A program made the translations under genes and the position numbers. From a virus: DNA of 64,000 bases. Below, one piece after another: positions 23,246 through 34,188 of the stretch (the stretch's first letter is position 1; each line of letters opens with the position of its first letter). The DNA lies in the IMG/VR virus record IMGVR_UViG_3300043466_002666; one strand, written 5' to 3'. Under the pieces are notes generated by a model. That model did no database searches. It was not told the origin of the DNA and saw only the letters and a list, made by a program, of their open reading frames with translations.

Positions 23246-25735
23246 TTAGTTATTATATTGCTTCCATGCGGTTGCATATACAATGCCTTTTTCTTTTTTA
23301 GTCAAACCACCTTCAGAATAACCCTTTTTAATATGCTTCACCATTCTTTCATATTTTTTGCCTGGAGGTGCCTTCTCATCAATGTTCTCAACTTCTTCAA
23401 TTCTATACGCACCAACGTTACCTGGCTTTGGGCGTTGAGGGCCATACTTAGAAGCTGTCCTTACATCATTCGCAACTCTATTTGCTGCAATATTTGCAGA
23501 AGCTCGGTTTACCATTTTATCCTTGGTTTTTTTCACATTTGCAATAGATGATTGAGTTGATTTTTGATAAGCTTCTAAATCAGCATCTTCACGTCTCATA
23601 TCAACCTGAGGATTGATGATTACACCATCCTTTCTTTTACCTTTCACATCTGGAGTGTTATCTGTTCTGTTAGATTGAGTTAGACTAACAAATTTTCCAG
23701 TTGCATCATCATCACTAGACTTTTTTTCGGTTAACTGCCTCCAGTCTGCAAAAGTAAATCTTTCAATGTCAAATGAATTTTGCAATTTTTCTTCAATGAT
23801 TTCACGAGCTGATGGACCAGACTCTTCTACCATTAGCATTGCTTGCTCAATGAAATAATCAAAATGCTCTTGATCAAGAGATTCAAAAATTTCTTGAACT
23901 TCATCATAATTAAATGCAATTTCAGATTCAATGAAATAGTGAGTTAGAAGTTCTTTCTCTTCCTGTCTCATCTTTTTAACAAAAGTTCCGACAGCTCTAC
24001 CTGCAGTTGCAGCAGCAGACTTGCCAGCTTTTCTAGCCTTTACTGCTTCTCCTGCAGCCGCTCCAGCAGCTCCCGCAGCCTTGACTGCAGTTCTACCTGC
24101 ACTTTGAGCTGCTCTACCAGCTGCAACAGTTGCCTTTCTTCTTGCCCTAGTTGCAGCTGCGGATTGCTCGGCTTCATTGCCCCTAGCTCTAACCGCATCA
24201 TAAGTTGCTTTAACTTCTGCAGCACGTCTTGCTCCTACTTGTCTTGCTGTGTTTACTGATTGTCTAACAGATGCAATATCCTTTTCTGCTCTAGCTTTAA
24301 GGGCACCTAGGATACCACCTTTTGCTTTTTCTTTAGTTTGTGTTGGAGTTGATTTAGTTGCTGGCTGAGATTTCTTAGCATTTGCAACTTTAGACTGACT
24401 CTTAAGAGCAGCAGCCATTCCAGATGATTTTGATGACTCAGCATCTCTTGCAGCTTTTCTTGATTTATGCTCAGCAGAAGCACGGATTGCTGCAGATTTA
24501 GCACCACCCTTTAGTGAGCCAATTGACTTACCAGACTTGGACATTCCAGAGCCACGTACTTTAGTACCACCAGCTCCACGTCTCCATTCAACAAGAAACT
24601 CTTCAGATGAAATCTCATCAACAAAATCACAGAAATCATCAATACCCATATCTTCGATTAGAAGATCAATACCATACTCATTGAGTCCTTCAGCAATTAA
24701 GTAGTCTGCTACAAACTCAATATCTTCTTGCTTGTATCCCTTTGCTTTAGGCACACCTTTTGAAGGAACACAGTTTGGCACTTCACGGCCACCCTTTTTC
24801 TTCATTCCAACTTGAGTATATCCTGTCCAGCATGGATCCTCTTCATTTACTAATTCATATGATTCACCCATGTTTGGACGACTTGCAACAGCACGAATCT
24901 TATTTGCTCTCTTTCCTTGACCTCTTTTTTCTAGTGCATTTGCCCTAGCTTTCATTCTAGCAGCAGGAGTCATTGCAAGTTCAGGATTTTGTTTTTTTGC
25001 AAAATCTTCTGGTGGCTCACCTTCATGAGCACCAGTTGTTGATCCTTTTGATCCACCATACTTAAACTTTGATCTTCTAGGATCAGGAACATCTTTACCT
25101 TGCTGTCTGTTACGCCAATGTGTAGCGTGTGCTTGTTGAGAAGGTGATCTTAGACCAGATGATTTACCTGTATTTGGATCAACATGTCCACCATATCCTT
25201 TGACTTCATCAAGTTGATCATCGGAATGTCTATTTCTCCAGAGTTCAGCAACATAATCTACTGCTTCCTTTCTGGTCTTTCTAACATCATCACCTGGCTC
25301 ATATGGAGTATCATCCCCATCAGAATTCCACCAAGGATTCTTACCCTTAAACTTACGACCTTTTAGTTTAGGTCTCTTCTTCTCCTGAACTAATTCAGTT
25401 TCTTCTTTGCGAACTCCACCCTTAGCATTTAATTTTGCCTGAATACGTTGCTTCATTTCTGGCATTGAAGCCACATTATAAAGTGCTAGAGTTGGAGCAC
25501 TAAATGTTTTTCCATTGGTGTATACATTAACACCCATGTAATCTCTAACTTTCTTGTCTTCTAGAAGAGTTAGAGCATACTCAAGAGTTTGATCAATTAG
25601 ATTTTCTCTTAGATAATCTTCTTGAGAAGTCACATCACCAGGAAAGTATGCAGAGGCAGACTCAACCATCTTTGTTGCTTTGTACATCATGTCTGGTGTA
25701 AGAGACATGAATTGAGATACAATAGATAAATCCAT
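23246..25735 (-). CDS. Large modular hypothetical protein (possible internal head protein)
   Basis: Alternating acidic and basic modules; DPCWTGY..VGMKKKGGREVPNCVP; KAPPG...YATAWK. Confidence 0.7.
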   Translation of the reverse strand: MDLSIVSQFMSLTPDMMYKATKMVESASAYFPGDVTSQEDYLRENLIDQTLEYALTLLEDKKVRDYMGVNVYTNGKTFSAPTLALYNVASMPEMKQRIQAKLNAKGGVRKEETELVQEKKRPKLKGRKFKGKNPWWNSDGDDTPYEPGDDVRKTRKEAVDYVAELWRNRHSDDQLDEVKGYGGHVDPNTGKSSGLRSPSQQAHATHWRNRQQGKDVPDPRRSKFKYGGSKGSTTGAHEGEPPEDFAKKQNPELAMTPAARMKARANALEKRGQGKRANKIRAVASRPNMGESYELVNEEDPCWTGYTQVGMKKKGGREVPNCVPSKGVPKAKGYKQEDIEFVADYLIAEGLNEYGIDLLIEDMGIDDFCDFVDEISSEEFLVEWRRGAGGTKVRGSGMSKSGKSIGSLKGGAKSAAIRASAEHKSRKAARDAESSKSSGMAAALKSQSKVANAKKSQPATKSTPTQTKEKAKGGILGALKARAEKDIASVRQSVNTARQVGARRAAEVKATYDAVRARGNEAEQSAAATRARRKATVAAGRAAQSAGRTAVKAAGAAGAAAGEAVKARKAGKSAAATAGRAVGTFVKKMRQEEKELLTHYFIESEIAFNYDEVQEIFESLDQEHFDYFIEQAMLMVEESGPSAREIIEEKLQNSFDIERFTFADWRQLTEKKSSDDDATGKFVSLTQSNRTDNTPDVKGKRKDGVIINPQVDMRREDADLEAYQKSTQSSIANVKKTKDKMVNRASANIAANRVANDVRTASKYGPQRPKPGNVGAYRIEEVENIDEKAPPGKKYERMVKHIKKGYSEGGLTKKEKGIVYATAWKQYNN

Positions 25736-25766
25736 ATTCTTTCTTTGAAATGAGTTCTATTTATTA

Positions 25767-26948
25767 TTATTTATCTTTTCGTCTACCTTTAGTAAATGAC
25801 TTAACTGGTTCAGTAGGATGCATTCGTTGTAGATATTCACGATAATCATCCGTACCAATTTCCAATGGTCCTGGGTGATAACTTAAATCTTTGACCCAGG
25901 TTCTATGAATTTTCTTTTGTTCGTCCACAAAGATAACATAATTAGAACCTCTGGTAACAATTTTTCCAGAGATACCAGTAATAGAATCAATTACGGTTTC
26001 ACCTAAGTTGTAAATATTTCCCTGATAATATTGCTCTCTAAGATTTTCAATATCTAATGATGGAGATATTTTCCATAAATCTTCTTTGAGACTCATGGAC
26101 TTACGAACTTGTGCATAGATTGCACGGCATTCTTTTTTGCTAACATTGCCAGGAAGTCCTTGCTTGAAGGTTTCGTAATCATTTTCAAGTGCTGCTTTAC
26201 GCATCATTGAGCTAGTAATTCCTTCAGTTTTATCCGTATCTGGATCAGACATTCCAGCACCAACTACTTCTACTCCATAAAAGTCATATACAGTTCCATT
26301 GTATTTTTGTGCGATTTTTTCATACTTTTGAACATTCTCATCTCCACACATAATTACTACATGATGATAACCTTCGTCGTGCAATGATGTCAAAATATCA
26401 TAAATGTTATCTCCGTTTTCTGGATCATTTATAATACTCTCAGCATGATCTGGGAATATATGTTGGAGAATGTTATACTTTGATTTGAAATCTAATGGAT
26501 TCTGCTTACTATCAGAAGTCCTACTTGGATAAATTCTATACTCAGCTTCTAGCTCTTCCGCTTGTTCCTGAACTGCATTTATGAGATTTTGATGTCCAAG
26601 TGAAGGAGGATTAAATCTACCAAAAGTAATAACCACTGCAGGACCATCTCCAGGTTGAATTTCTTCTGGAGGTTGATCTGCAGTGGTTTGATTTGTGGCA
26701 GGCGGCTGAGGGACATTTTGAGCATCAGCTTGTGAAGATGGACCCATAAGTGGAGTACCATCTTTTAGCTTTTTTTTATCTGACTTAGATATAGAAACTA
26801 ATTTTTGTCCGCCACCTTCACTTTTAGCGACAATTTCTCCTTTGGCATTTGAGTAGTAGCCTTTACCCAGATGGGTAAGACCTTTTTTCTCTGCCTCTTT
26901 GCCCGCAGGAGTTCTGGCTTCTGTTATAAATTGTCTAAAAGTTTTCAT
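25767..26948 (-). CDS. Cytidylyltransferase-family (HxGH) nucleotidyltransferase
   Basis: ITFGRFNPPSLGH, SSMMRKAA; N-terminal MKTFRQFITEA. Confidence 0.85.
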   Translation of the reverse strand: MKTFRQFITEARTPAGKEAEKKGLTHLGKGYYSNAKGEIVAKSEGGGQKLVSISKSDKKKLKDGTPLMGPSSQADAQNVPQPPATNQTTADQPPEEIQPGDGPAVVITFGRFNPPSLGHQNLINAVQEQAEELEAEYRIYPSRTSDSKQNPLDFKSKYNILQHIFPDHAESIINDPENGDNIYDILTSLHDEGYHHVVIMCGDENVQKYEKIAQKYNGTVYDFYGVEVVGAGMSDPDTDKTEGITSSMMRKAALENDYETFKQGLPGNVSKKECRAIYAQVRKSMSLKEDLWKISPSLDIENLREQYYQGNIYNLGETVIDSITGISGKIVTRGSNYVIFVDEQKKIHRTWVKDLSYHPGPLEIGTDDYREYLQRMHPTEPVKSFTKGRRKDK

Positions 26949-26983
26949 CAAAAACAAAAGTTCTACATCTATTATTTAGGTAA

Positions 26984-27442
26984 CTACATAGGTTTGATAA
27001 GCGTTTTTGCCCTCAATATGTTAGTAGCTACTACAATTGAATTATAAACATTAGTAGAATTGTCTTGTAAAAACTTTAGAATCGGATCTTTGTTTTGATT
27101 GTATAGTTTACTTTTCTTTCTCTTCATCAAATAAAAATTTACTAATGAAGAAACTAGTTCTTTTTGATTAGCTAAATTTTGTTTTGTCTTGGGATAAAAT
27201 CTCACATAATCTACTAGCAAAGTGTAAACAAAAAAATCATAATTTTTTGCAATAACATCTAGGAAGTCTGAGCACAATGGCAAGAATCTTTTTGTAGCAT
27301 TGATATAATTATCAAATCTAGGTTTGTCTGCTGGTTGAACAAATATAGACATTGAATCCAGTAAAGCTAAGCATTCGTTCACACCTTTACTACCATTTGC
27401 AAACAGACTAGAATGTATAGTGCTCAGACTTACTCCACTCAT
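26984..27442 (-). CDS. Hypothetical protein
   Basis: 152-aa ORF coupled to mazG. Confidence 0.7.
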   Translation of the reverse strand: MSGVSLSTIHSSLFANGSKGVNECLALLDSMSIFVQPADKPRFDNYINATKRFLPLCSDFLDVIAKNYDFFVYTLLVDYVRFYPKTKQNLANQKELVSSLVNFYLMKRKKSKLYNQNKDPILKFLQDNSTNVYNSIVVATNILRAKTLIKPM

Positions 27443-27882
27443 CAGATGTCTCCTTCTTTACGGTTTTCGGAATGGAATACACGGAATACGCCTTCGGGAT
27501 AACGTGCAGTTAGCTTTTCTACGTTGGTCTCAAGAACCTCTTCGATACTAGTACCAAGAGCAATACAGCCTTGTGCAATATACCACATTACGTCTCCCAT
27601 TTCTTTAATCATATGAATACGAGACTGTTCATTGTATGGTTTGCCTTGGAAAGCAATCTTTTTAACTACTTCTGCGAATTCTCCGCCCTCTGCAGTCAAT
27701 CCAATCGCAGCAGTTAAAAGTCGGTTCAAGTCAACACCAACAGCGTTTACGTTGTCTTCAGGAGTCTTTCGTTCAAGTTCATTAACCCGAGCAACGAACT
27801 CTTCTGGGTTGCTAGATGCAAGACTAGTAGTATCACCTACAAACTCTTGATATGCGTCTAGGCTAATTAGTTTCTTTGTCAT
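27442..27882 (-). CDS. mazG: MazG-like NTP pyrophosphohydrolase
   Basis: EGGEFAEVVKK...KEMGDVMWY...KLTARYP. Confidence 0.9.
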   Translation of the reverse strand: MTKKLISLDAYQEFVGDTTSLASSNPEEFVARVNELERKTPEDNVNAVGVDLNRLLTAAIGLTAEGGEFAEVVKKIAFQGKPYNEQSRIHMIKEMGDVMWYIAQGCIALGTSIEEVLETNVEKLTARYPEGVFRVFHSENRKEGDI

Positions 27883-29255
27883 ACTTTGAATCCTTCAAAT
27901 GTGCGTTGTGATTTTTTAAACTTGGAATCGTGCTCATCATCTTGACCTGAGTTGATCAGGGTCTTCTGAGCACTGTCCTCAACATTATACAGCTTCATCT
28001 TGGCTCTGTCAATACCCACGACGAATCTCTTGTGGGTCGTGGGGTCATTATAACGATTCTTGAGCTGCTTAATCATGATTTGATTAAGGTTTTCAAGCTC
28101 TTCCGTACTGATGAGTGCAAACATAAAGTCTGCAGTAGCAGGAAGACCAAAACTTTCAGATGTATCAGTAAGTTCTACATCAGAGTTACCATAACCTTGA
28201 CGAGTCGTTTGTGTTGCAGATACAATTGGAACATTACATTCTACAGCAAGTCCACGAAGTTCTTCTGCAATTGCTTTGACATAGGTATATGAATTTACAA
28301 GTGAACCTTTATACCTAGATGAAGCACAGATGTTTAGATAATCAATAAAAATAATATCTGGCCTAAATCCTTTCTTCAGAGCAAGATCATTTAGAAGTGA
28401 CTTAAAATGTCCTACGTGTGCAGATGCAGTCGGATATTCTTTAATGATTAATTTACCTCGTGTCTTTTCAGACAACTTAAATAACTTACTCTCATAAGTA
28501 CTCTTTGGCAAATTAGTAATATCTTGAATATTGACATTTAAGAGATTTGCATCAATTCTTTCAGCAATCCTTTCCTCTGCCATTTCAAGTGTAATGTAGA
28601 GAACATTGCTCCCCTGCAGGAGGATGGAGCTAGCCATGTGGCACATGAATAAACTTTTGCCGACACCCGTACCAGCAAGAGCGATATTGAGAGTCTTGTT
28701 AGGGAGACCACCTTTGGTAATTTTGTTGAATAGATCGAGATCAAACGGGATTTTGTCTTCTTTTTTGTGGTAGAAATCATATCGAGAATCAGAGTCTGAA
28801 ATATAGTCATGACCAATGTGGTCATCAAAAGAAACGGAAAGTGCGTCGGAAAGGATCGAAGGAATAGAATCTTTACTTCGTGTCTTATCCTTTCCATCTG
28901 CAATTTTAACTGAGTCTAGAAGAGCCAAATAAATGGCTCTATCCTTGCACCATTTTTCGGTAGTATCTAGTAACCATTGTTCATCAAACTTTTCTTCCTT
29001 TAATTCAGTAACTAGGCTAATTGATTTTTGGAATGCATCATCAGAAATGTCCTTACGGTTTTCAATTTCAATTTTTAAAACTGCCTTAGAGGGCACTGCA
29101 TCATACTTGGCAACATAATTATGAATCTCCTGAAATACAATTTTGTCTACAAGAGATTCAAAGTATGTTTCTTTAATGAAAGGAATTACCTTTCGTGTGT
29201 ACTTTTCATCATAAATTAAGTTTGATAGAATTTTAGATTCAATACTATCCATCAA
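27879..29255 (-). CDS. gp41: Replicative helicase (T4 gp41)
   Basis: [31 protein letters not shown]. Confidence 0.95.
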   Translation of the reverse strand: MMDSIESKILSNLIYDEKYTRKVIPFIKETYFESLVDKIVFQEIHNYVAKYDAVPSKAVLKIEIENRKDISDDAFQKSISLVTELKEEKFDEQWLLDTTEKWCKDRAIYLALLDSVKIADGKDKTRSKDSIPSILSDALSVSFDDHIGHDYISDSDSRYDFYHKKEDKIPFDLDLFNKITKGGLPNKTLNIALAGTGVGKSLFMCHMASSILLQGSNVLYITLEMAEERIAERIDANLLNVNIQDITNLPKSTYESKLFKLSEKTRGKLIIKEYPTASAHVGHFKSLLNDLALKKGFRPDIIFIDYLNICASSRYKGSLVNSYTYVKAIAEELRGLAVECNVPIVSATQTTRQGYGNSDVELTDTSESFGLPATADFMFALISTEELENLNQIMIKQLKNRYNDPTTHKRFVVGIDRAKMKLYNVEDSAQKTLINSGQDDEHDSKFKKSQRTFEGFKV

Positions 29256-30292
29256 TCACTTTCTCCATCAAATGTTTCCACCGCACCATAACTATACTCC
29301 TTTTTAGCACATTCGTCAAGTGCTTCCATCACTTGGGGGGTGAAGAACCTCTCAGGATCTGAAAGAATTTGTTTAGCATAATGCTTGCCGCCATCAATTT
29401 CATAACGTCCACCAGACTTAACGAAAACTCCGTACTTCTCACCCAGTTCCAATAGTCCATAGTACTTGTCAAGTCCACGTTCATCATAGAATAACCTCGT
29501 CTCGATCAGTGAATTTTCTTTCGTGAACCTAGACTTAAATGCCTTACATTTGATAATGTTACCTACTACTTCTGTTCCATCTTTCTCCTTTGATTTGGAT
29601 AGGTAGATGATTGTAGATGCAGCATACTTAAGACCAGATCCACCACCCATTTCTTTGGTTGGCATATAGGATCCAATCACATCATATGTGTGATTCGTAA
29701 CAATCATAGGAATGCCTGCAGTGCCCAGTTTGAGGGACAGGATTCGGAACACGGACTTGATGACCTGAGAACGAGTCATGTCCCTGGTCTCCTTGCCTGC
29801 AGAGGCATCCTCAATCTCCTTGGTGGTGGCAAGCATCCCCAGAGAGTCTAGCACAAACATCAGGGGTGGGCGCTCATCCTTTTTAAGTTTCATGTACTCA
29901 TCAACAACCTTGATTGATTGAGTACGAAATTCCTGAACTGTAGACACTGGAACTAGACCAACACGCTTAGCATCAATGCCACGACTGGTCATCATATCCT
30001 TGGTAATTGCAGACTCAGTTTCAAAATAAATTACTTCTCCAGTAGGATTTTGTTGAAGGAAGAATTTAACGATTGAGAGAGCAAAGAAAGTTTTTCCAGT
30101 AGATGACTCACCAGCGAGAGCTGTAATCTTGTTGTTAGGTAGCCCCCCAAAAATACTGCCACTAAGGAGAGCATTAAAGATATAACTCCCAGTGTCAACA
30201 AAGCCCCCACAATCTCCTGCGGCGACTCCATCCTCGACGATTCCTGCATACTCGTTATCTAACTCTTTGATAACACTATTTAAGAAACTCAT
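29252..30292 (-). CDS. uvsX: RecA-like recombinase
   Basis: [26 protein letters not shown]. Confidence 0.95.
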   Translation of the reverse strand: MSFLNSVIKELDNEYAGIVEDGVAAGDCGGFVDTGSYIFNALLSGSIFGGLPNNKITALAGESSTGKTFFALSIVKFFLQQNPTGEVIYFETESAITKDMMTSRGIDAKRVGLVPVSTVQEFRTQSIKVVDEYMKLKKDERPPLMFVLDSLGMLATTKEIEDASAGKETRDMTRSQVIKSVFRILSLKLGTAGIPMIVTNHTYDVIGSYMPTKEMGGGSGLKYAASTIIYLSKSKEKDGTEVVGNIIKCKAFKSRFTKENSLIETRLFYDERGLDKYYGLLELGEKYGVFVKSGGRYEIDGGKHYAKQILSDPERFFTPQVMEALDECAKKEYSYGAVETFDGESD

Positions 30293-30312
30293 GATTAACT
30301 CCTAATAATAAT

Positions 30313-32805
30313 TTACAAAAATGCTTCTAGTGTTCCTCGTCTTTCAGAAACCCAGCCAATAGAATTTAGCACAGAAATGAGTGGTTCTAGAAAGCTCTTG
30401 GAAAACTGCATATCAAAGTCAATATACTTATGCACATTAAACTCTGAAGGCAGTGTTTGAAAATATGATATCACATTTTCTTGGATTGGGTTAGGAGTTT
30501 TCAAGTATACAAACTTGATCTTTTCTCCTTCCTGAATGTATGGATACTTATTGGCAATCTTTAATTTTTTAACGAGATGATTGTATAAAATTGCTCCTCT
30601 AACTTGGATAGGAGTTCTCTTCTCATACAGTGTAGATGATCCCTTGTATTTGTTGAGGTTGTTCAAACTACGAGGGAATGATATGTCTACAATATCTTGT
30701 TTTCGTGTTTCCATCTTAACCTTATTGATAAAATCAATCAGAACATCGTTATCCTTCATCAAAATGATTTCAAATGCCTTAGTTAATTTATCCCTAAAGT
30801 ATGATGGAGTAGATGATCGTGCAGTTTCAAGACCCATGATTTTCATCTTGGGTTTCTCATATCGTACACCCTCTGAGTCCCATACGTTGAGAATGTAACG
30901 TTTCTTTGCAGTCCAGATTCCTTTGTCTGCAATGTTCTCACGTTTCATCTTCATTTTCTGGGAATATGCATTTACATAATCCGCCAGTTCTTGGTAAGAA
31001 CTTTCAATATAAGGCTCAAGTTCCACCGTACAGATCTTATCAATGAAATTGACAATTTTTTCAGTAGTCGTTTCTCTTCCTTTGAATATATGAGAGACCA
31101 AAGGACCCATATTGAGATAGATGGAATCAGTATCTGAAGCAATAACATAATCTTCATTATCTGTCTTGAGAATTTTATTTAGATAGCTATTCATCTTGTT
31201 TTCAATCCAGCGAATTGAAAGCTGTCCAGAAAGAGTAATAGCTTCTGCATTAGTGATTAGAAAATACCTGAAGTATTCATTTCCGATGGCACCATATGCA
31301 GAGTTAAGTTGAATCTTACGTGCCATCTGAATGTTATTGCAGCGAGCAATCTCTTTCTTCAACTCCGTTGTTGGAGTCTTTTCATATTGCTGTTTGGCAG
31401 CAAGCATCTTCTTTTTGTAGATGGTTCGGTCTTCATAGATCTTCTCCATCAATTTTGGAAGAAACCCTTGCTCATGAGTATCAAACATTGCTCCGTTGGC
31501 ACATACCGTAGAACATTCTAGTGAACTGGTATCAGCCTGTTTATGGAGAAGTTTATCTACATTAATGTTTGGGAATCTCTCCTGCAAAAGAGTTTCTGGA
31601 GAAATGTTATACTGCATGATAAGGTGAGGATACAGTGAGTTCAAGTCAAATGAGACTACCCAATCATGCTTACCTAGAATAGGATCTTTTACATATGCAC
31701 CTTCATATGCATAATCTTTCTTCTGATTGACTTTCGGAGGAACTACAATGTGCTTACGCTTTAGATAATTGAAGATGATATTGTCCCAAGTCTTTACCTG
31801 AGAATATACATCTTCAAAGTTTTCCTTTGCGTCATATGCCATGGTGATTGCCAGTTCAATCAGTTTCATCTTGTCATCTAGACGATCAACAAGTTCTACG
31901 TCACGAATGTTATAATCAATAAACTTCTGCCAATCTTTAGTGTAGAAGTCTTTAAAGTTTTCAAACTCGGAGTGATCTAGTTTTTTCTCTCCTAGCTCAA
32001 CAAACGCAATGTGATCTAGACGATATGATTCCTGATTAGTATAAGTAAACTTCTTATAAAGATCAAGATAGTCTAAAACAGATAGACCTGCAATTTCATA
32101 GATGATGTGTGGTCTTCCCATGATTACTACTTCTCTGTTGGTCACTACAGTCCAGGGAGAAATAGACTTCATATGTTTTGTAGATAGAACTTTATCTAGC
32201 CTACGCATGATGTATGGAATATCGTAAAGATATACGTTCCATCCAGTTACAACATCAGGAGTGTTATGAACCCACCAATTTAGGAAGTCTTGAAGCATTT
32301 CTTGCTCAGTCCAGAATACTCGATATTCTACATCTGAACGAGTGTTTTCATATTCACGAACACCCCACACAATCAGTTGCTTTGTATTAATATCTTTAAT
32401 TGTAATACAAAGCATTTCTTCTGCAGCAGCTTCCACATTAGGAAATCCGTTTTCACATGCAACCTCAATGTCTAGAGAAACAATCTTCATCGAAGAAATA
32501 TCAAACTTGATCTCTTCTTCAGGAAACTGATCTGCAATGTATTGATACAAGAACCTCTCATAACCGTAGACAACAAAGTTATCTACTCCTTCATATTTTT
32601 TGAGAAAGTCTTTTGCATCATTAGTCTTATCGAATTTGATAGGACTCACACATTCCCCATCTAGTGTTGTATACTTACTATTCTTTTTAGATGGAACAAA
32701 TAGAGTGGGAGAAAACTTTTCCTGAAATATTTCCTGAACTCCATTGTTGTATCCACGATAGTGAACTATATCACGGATGAGTTGTACGTTGGTGTAAAAC
32801 CTCAT
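30313..32805 (-). CDS. gp43: Family B DNA polymerase (T4 gp43)
   Basis: DIEV, SFDLNSLYP, KIQLNSAYG, SDTDS, KKRY. Confidence 0.97.
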   Translation of the reverse strand: MRFYTNVQLIRDIVHYRGYNNGVQEIFQEKFSPTLFVPSKKNSKYTTLDGECVSPIKFDKTNDAKDFLKKYEGVDNFVVYGYERFLYQYIADQFPEEEIKFDISSMKIVSLDIEVACENGFPNVEAAAEEMLCITIKDINTKQLIVWGVREYENTRSDVEYRVFWTEQEMLQDFLNWWVHNTPDVVTGWNVYLYDIPYIMRRLDKVLSTKHMKSISPWTVVTNREVVIMGRPHIIYEIAGLSVLDYLDLYKKFTYTNQESYRLDHIAFVELGEKKLDHSEFENFKDFYTKDWQKFIDYNIRDVELVDRLDDKMKLIELAITMAYDAKENFEDVYSQVKTWDNIIFNYLKRKHIVVPPKVNQKKDYAYEGAYVKDPILGKHDWVVSFDLNSLYPHLIMQYNISPETLLQERFPNINVDKLLHKQADTSSLECSTVCANGAMFDTHEQGFLPKLMEKIYEDRTIYKKKMLAAKQQYEKTPTTELKKEIARCNNIQMARKIQLNSAYGAIGNEYFRYFLITNAEAITLSGQLSIRWIENKMNSYLNKILKTDNEDYVIASDTDSIYLNMGPLVSHIFKGRETTTEKIVNFIDKICTVELEPYIESSYQELADYVNAYSQKMKMKRENIADKGIWTAKKRYILNVWDSEGVRYEKPKMKIMGLETARSSTPSYFRDKLTKAFEIILMKDNDVLIDFINKVKMETRKQDIVDISFPRSLNNLNKYKGSSTLYEKRTPIQVRGAILYNHLVKKLKIANKYPYIQEGEKIKFVYLKTPNPIQENVISYFQTLPSEFNVHKYIDFDMQFSKSFLEPLISVLNSIGWVSERRGTLEAFL

Positions 32806-33179
32806 TTAGAAATTAGTTGAGTGTAAAGATTTAGAATTTCAGGTTTTGGTTCAATGATAGTCATAATCTTATCAGAATTGAGAAGAATGTCTACATCATC
32901 AGTAAACGATGGATATCTATCTAACTGAGCGTAATCTGTCTGGACAACGGCAATTTCCTTGCCGTCTTTAATATTTTTTTCTTCGGTTGTTTTCAAAAAT
33001 ACTGCATTATCTGGGGGAAAATGTTTGTCTTCATCATTATAATCCCAATAAGTCAATGGATCAACTTTATATGGATTTTTCATATGCAGAGAAGGTTCTT
33101 CATCCAACTCGTCATATTCACAAATAATGTAATCATTGTTGATTAGCTGAATCATTTTAATATTCATGGTGGGCTCCAT
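32802..33179 (-). CDS. Hypothetical protein (Sm-like)
   Basis: Located between hsp20 and gp43; own sigma70 promoter TTGACA-17-TACCAT. Confidence 0.7.
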   Translation of the reverse strand: MEPTMNIKMIQLINNDYIICEYDELDEEPSLHMKNPYKVDPLTYWDYNDEDKHFPPDNAVFLKTTEEKNIKDGKEIAVVQTDYAQLDRYPSFTDDVDILLNSDKIMTIIEPKPEILNLYTQLISK

Positions 33180-33303
33180 CGGAACATCTCTATGTATGGT
33201 AGCATACTCAGGCTCGCTTGTCAAGGAAAAAGACCCAATCCCTGAAAGTTGCCAGGGTGGGTCTGTGCCGACGATATTTGGGGATTTCCCAATTCTATTT
33301 ATT

Positions 33304-33771
33304 TCAATCTTCTGTTAAAAGTTGTGGCTCTGTTTTTATTCCAGGAATATTCCATGTAGTTTTCTTCTGATGTTCTGGAATGATTCTTTCAATATCTACA
33401 GTTAGTAGTCCATGCTCAAACCCTACAGAGGATACTCGATGTTCATCTGAGAGTTGAATCTTACGGGTGAATGAACGCTTGGATAAACCTTTGTGTACAT
33501 ACTGTCTTGAAGTATCTCGTTCCTCAACTTTGCTGGCAATTGTGAGAACGTTTTGTTCTGTAAAGACTTCAATCTCTTCTGGTTTAAATCCCGAAAGAGC
33601 GACTTCAATTGTGTAGTTACTGTTGTCATGTTTGACGATGTTGTAGGGAGGATAGTTAACATTAACTGAATGATGCATTGCATCTAGTCTGTTAAACATT
33701 TCATCCAGACCTACAGCGAGTGGAGCGTAATCGTTCCAAAATGAGTCTAGTGATTGAGTGGTAAATTTCAT
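33304..33771 (-). CDS. hsp20: Small heat-shock protein Hsp20
   Basis: NYPPYNI...EVALSGF...HKGLSKRSF...GLLTV; AAGGAG SD. Confidence 0.93.
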   Translation of the reverse strand: MKFTTQSLDSFWNDYAPLAVGLDEMFNRLDAMHHSVNVNYPPYNIVKHDNSNYTIEVALSGFKPEEIEVFTEQNVLTIASKVEERDTSRQYVHKGLSKRSFTRKIQLSDEHRVSSVGFEHGLLTVDIERIIPEHQKKTTWNIPGIKTEPQLLTED

Positions 33772-33889
33772 TTTCTGAATCTCCTTATTAAGCGAGAGTT
33801 TTACTAGAGACCCCGAAGGCATCTCTTCACAATTATATATATGTGATGATAAATTTTTCAAGTTCGGATTTCCGAAAATAAATAGTAGT

Positions 33890-33979
33890 ATCGTTCATCC
33901 ACTTATGTGGACGGAAGTAAGCCGACTCGGAACGGATCGTTCATCGGGAAACCGACGCAAAAGCCGACTGAAGGAACGC
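33890..33979 (+). ncRNA. Tandem glutamine riboswitch (glnA RNA motif), aptamers 33890-33935 and 33936-33979
   Basis: Two ATCGTTCATC-stem-GACG(G/C)AA..AAGCCGAC..GGAACG units. Confidence 0.8.
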
Positions 33980-34010
33980 TCTTTAACCTAAAAAACTAAG
34001 GAGAAACCTA

Positions 34011-34157
34011 ATGTCACAAGCAACTTATCGTGGTGCTCATTACGACACCGAAACTCGTAAAAATCAAATCGCATCAAATTGGTTGACAGTTATTCGTCAG
34101 CAAATTGAAAAAGAAGAAAGACTCAAGCAAGCACAACTTGCCATGGCAATGAAATAA
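34011..34157 (+). CDS. DUF4278-like small protein (48 aa), not in ORF track
   Basis: MSQATYRGAHYD (TYRGxxY motif); AAGGAG SD; downstream of the riboswitch. Confidence 0.8.
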   Translation: MSQATYRGAHYDTETRKNQIASNWLTVIRQQIEKEERLKQAQLAMAMK

Positions 34158-34158
34158 T

Positions 34159-34185
34159 AAAAAAGGGGGCTAAATGCCCCCTTTC
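34159..34185. terminator. Bidirectional terminator
   Basis: A-run GGGGGC-TAAAT-GCCCCC T-run between convergent genes. Confidence 0.75.
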
Positions 34186-34188
34186 CTG

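Noticed and set aside
16575-32805. Introns or inteins in nrdA, nrdB, gp41 or gp43
   Set aside because: All are continuous and of normal length
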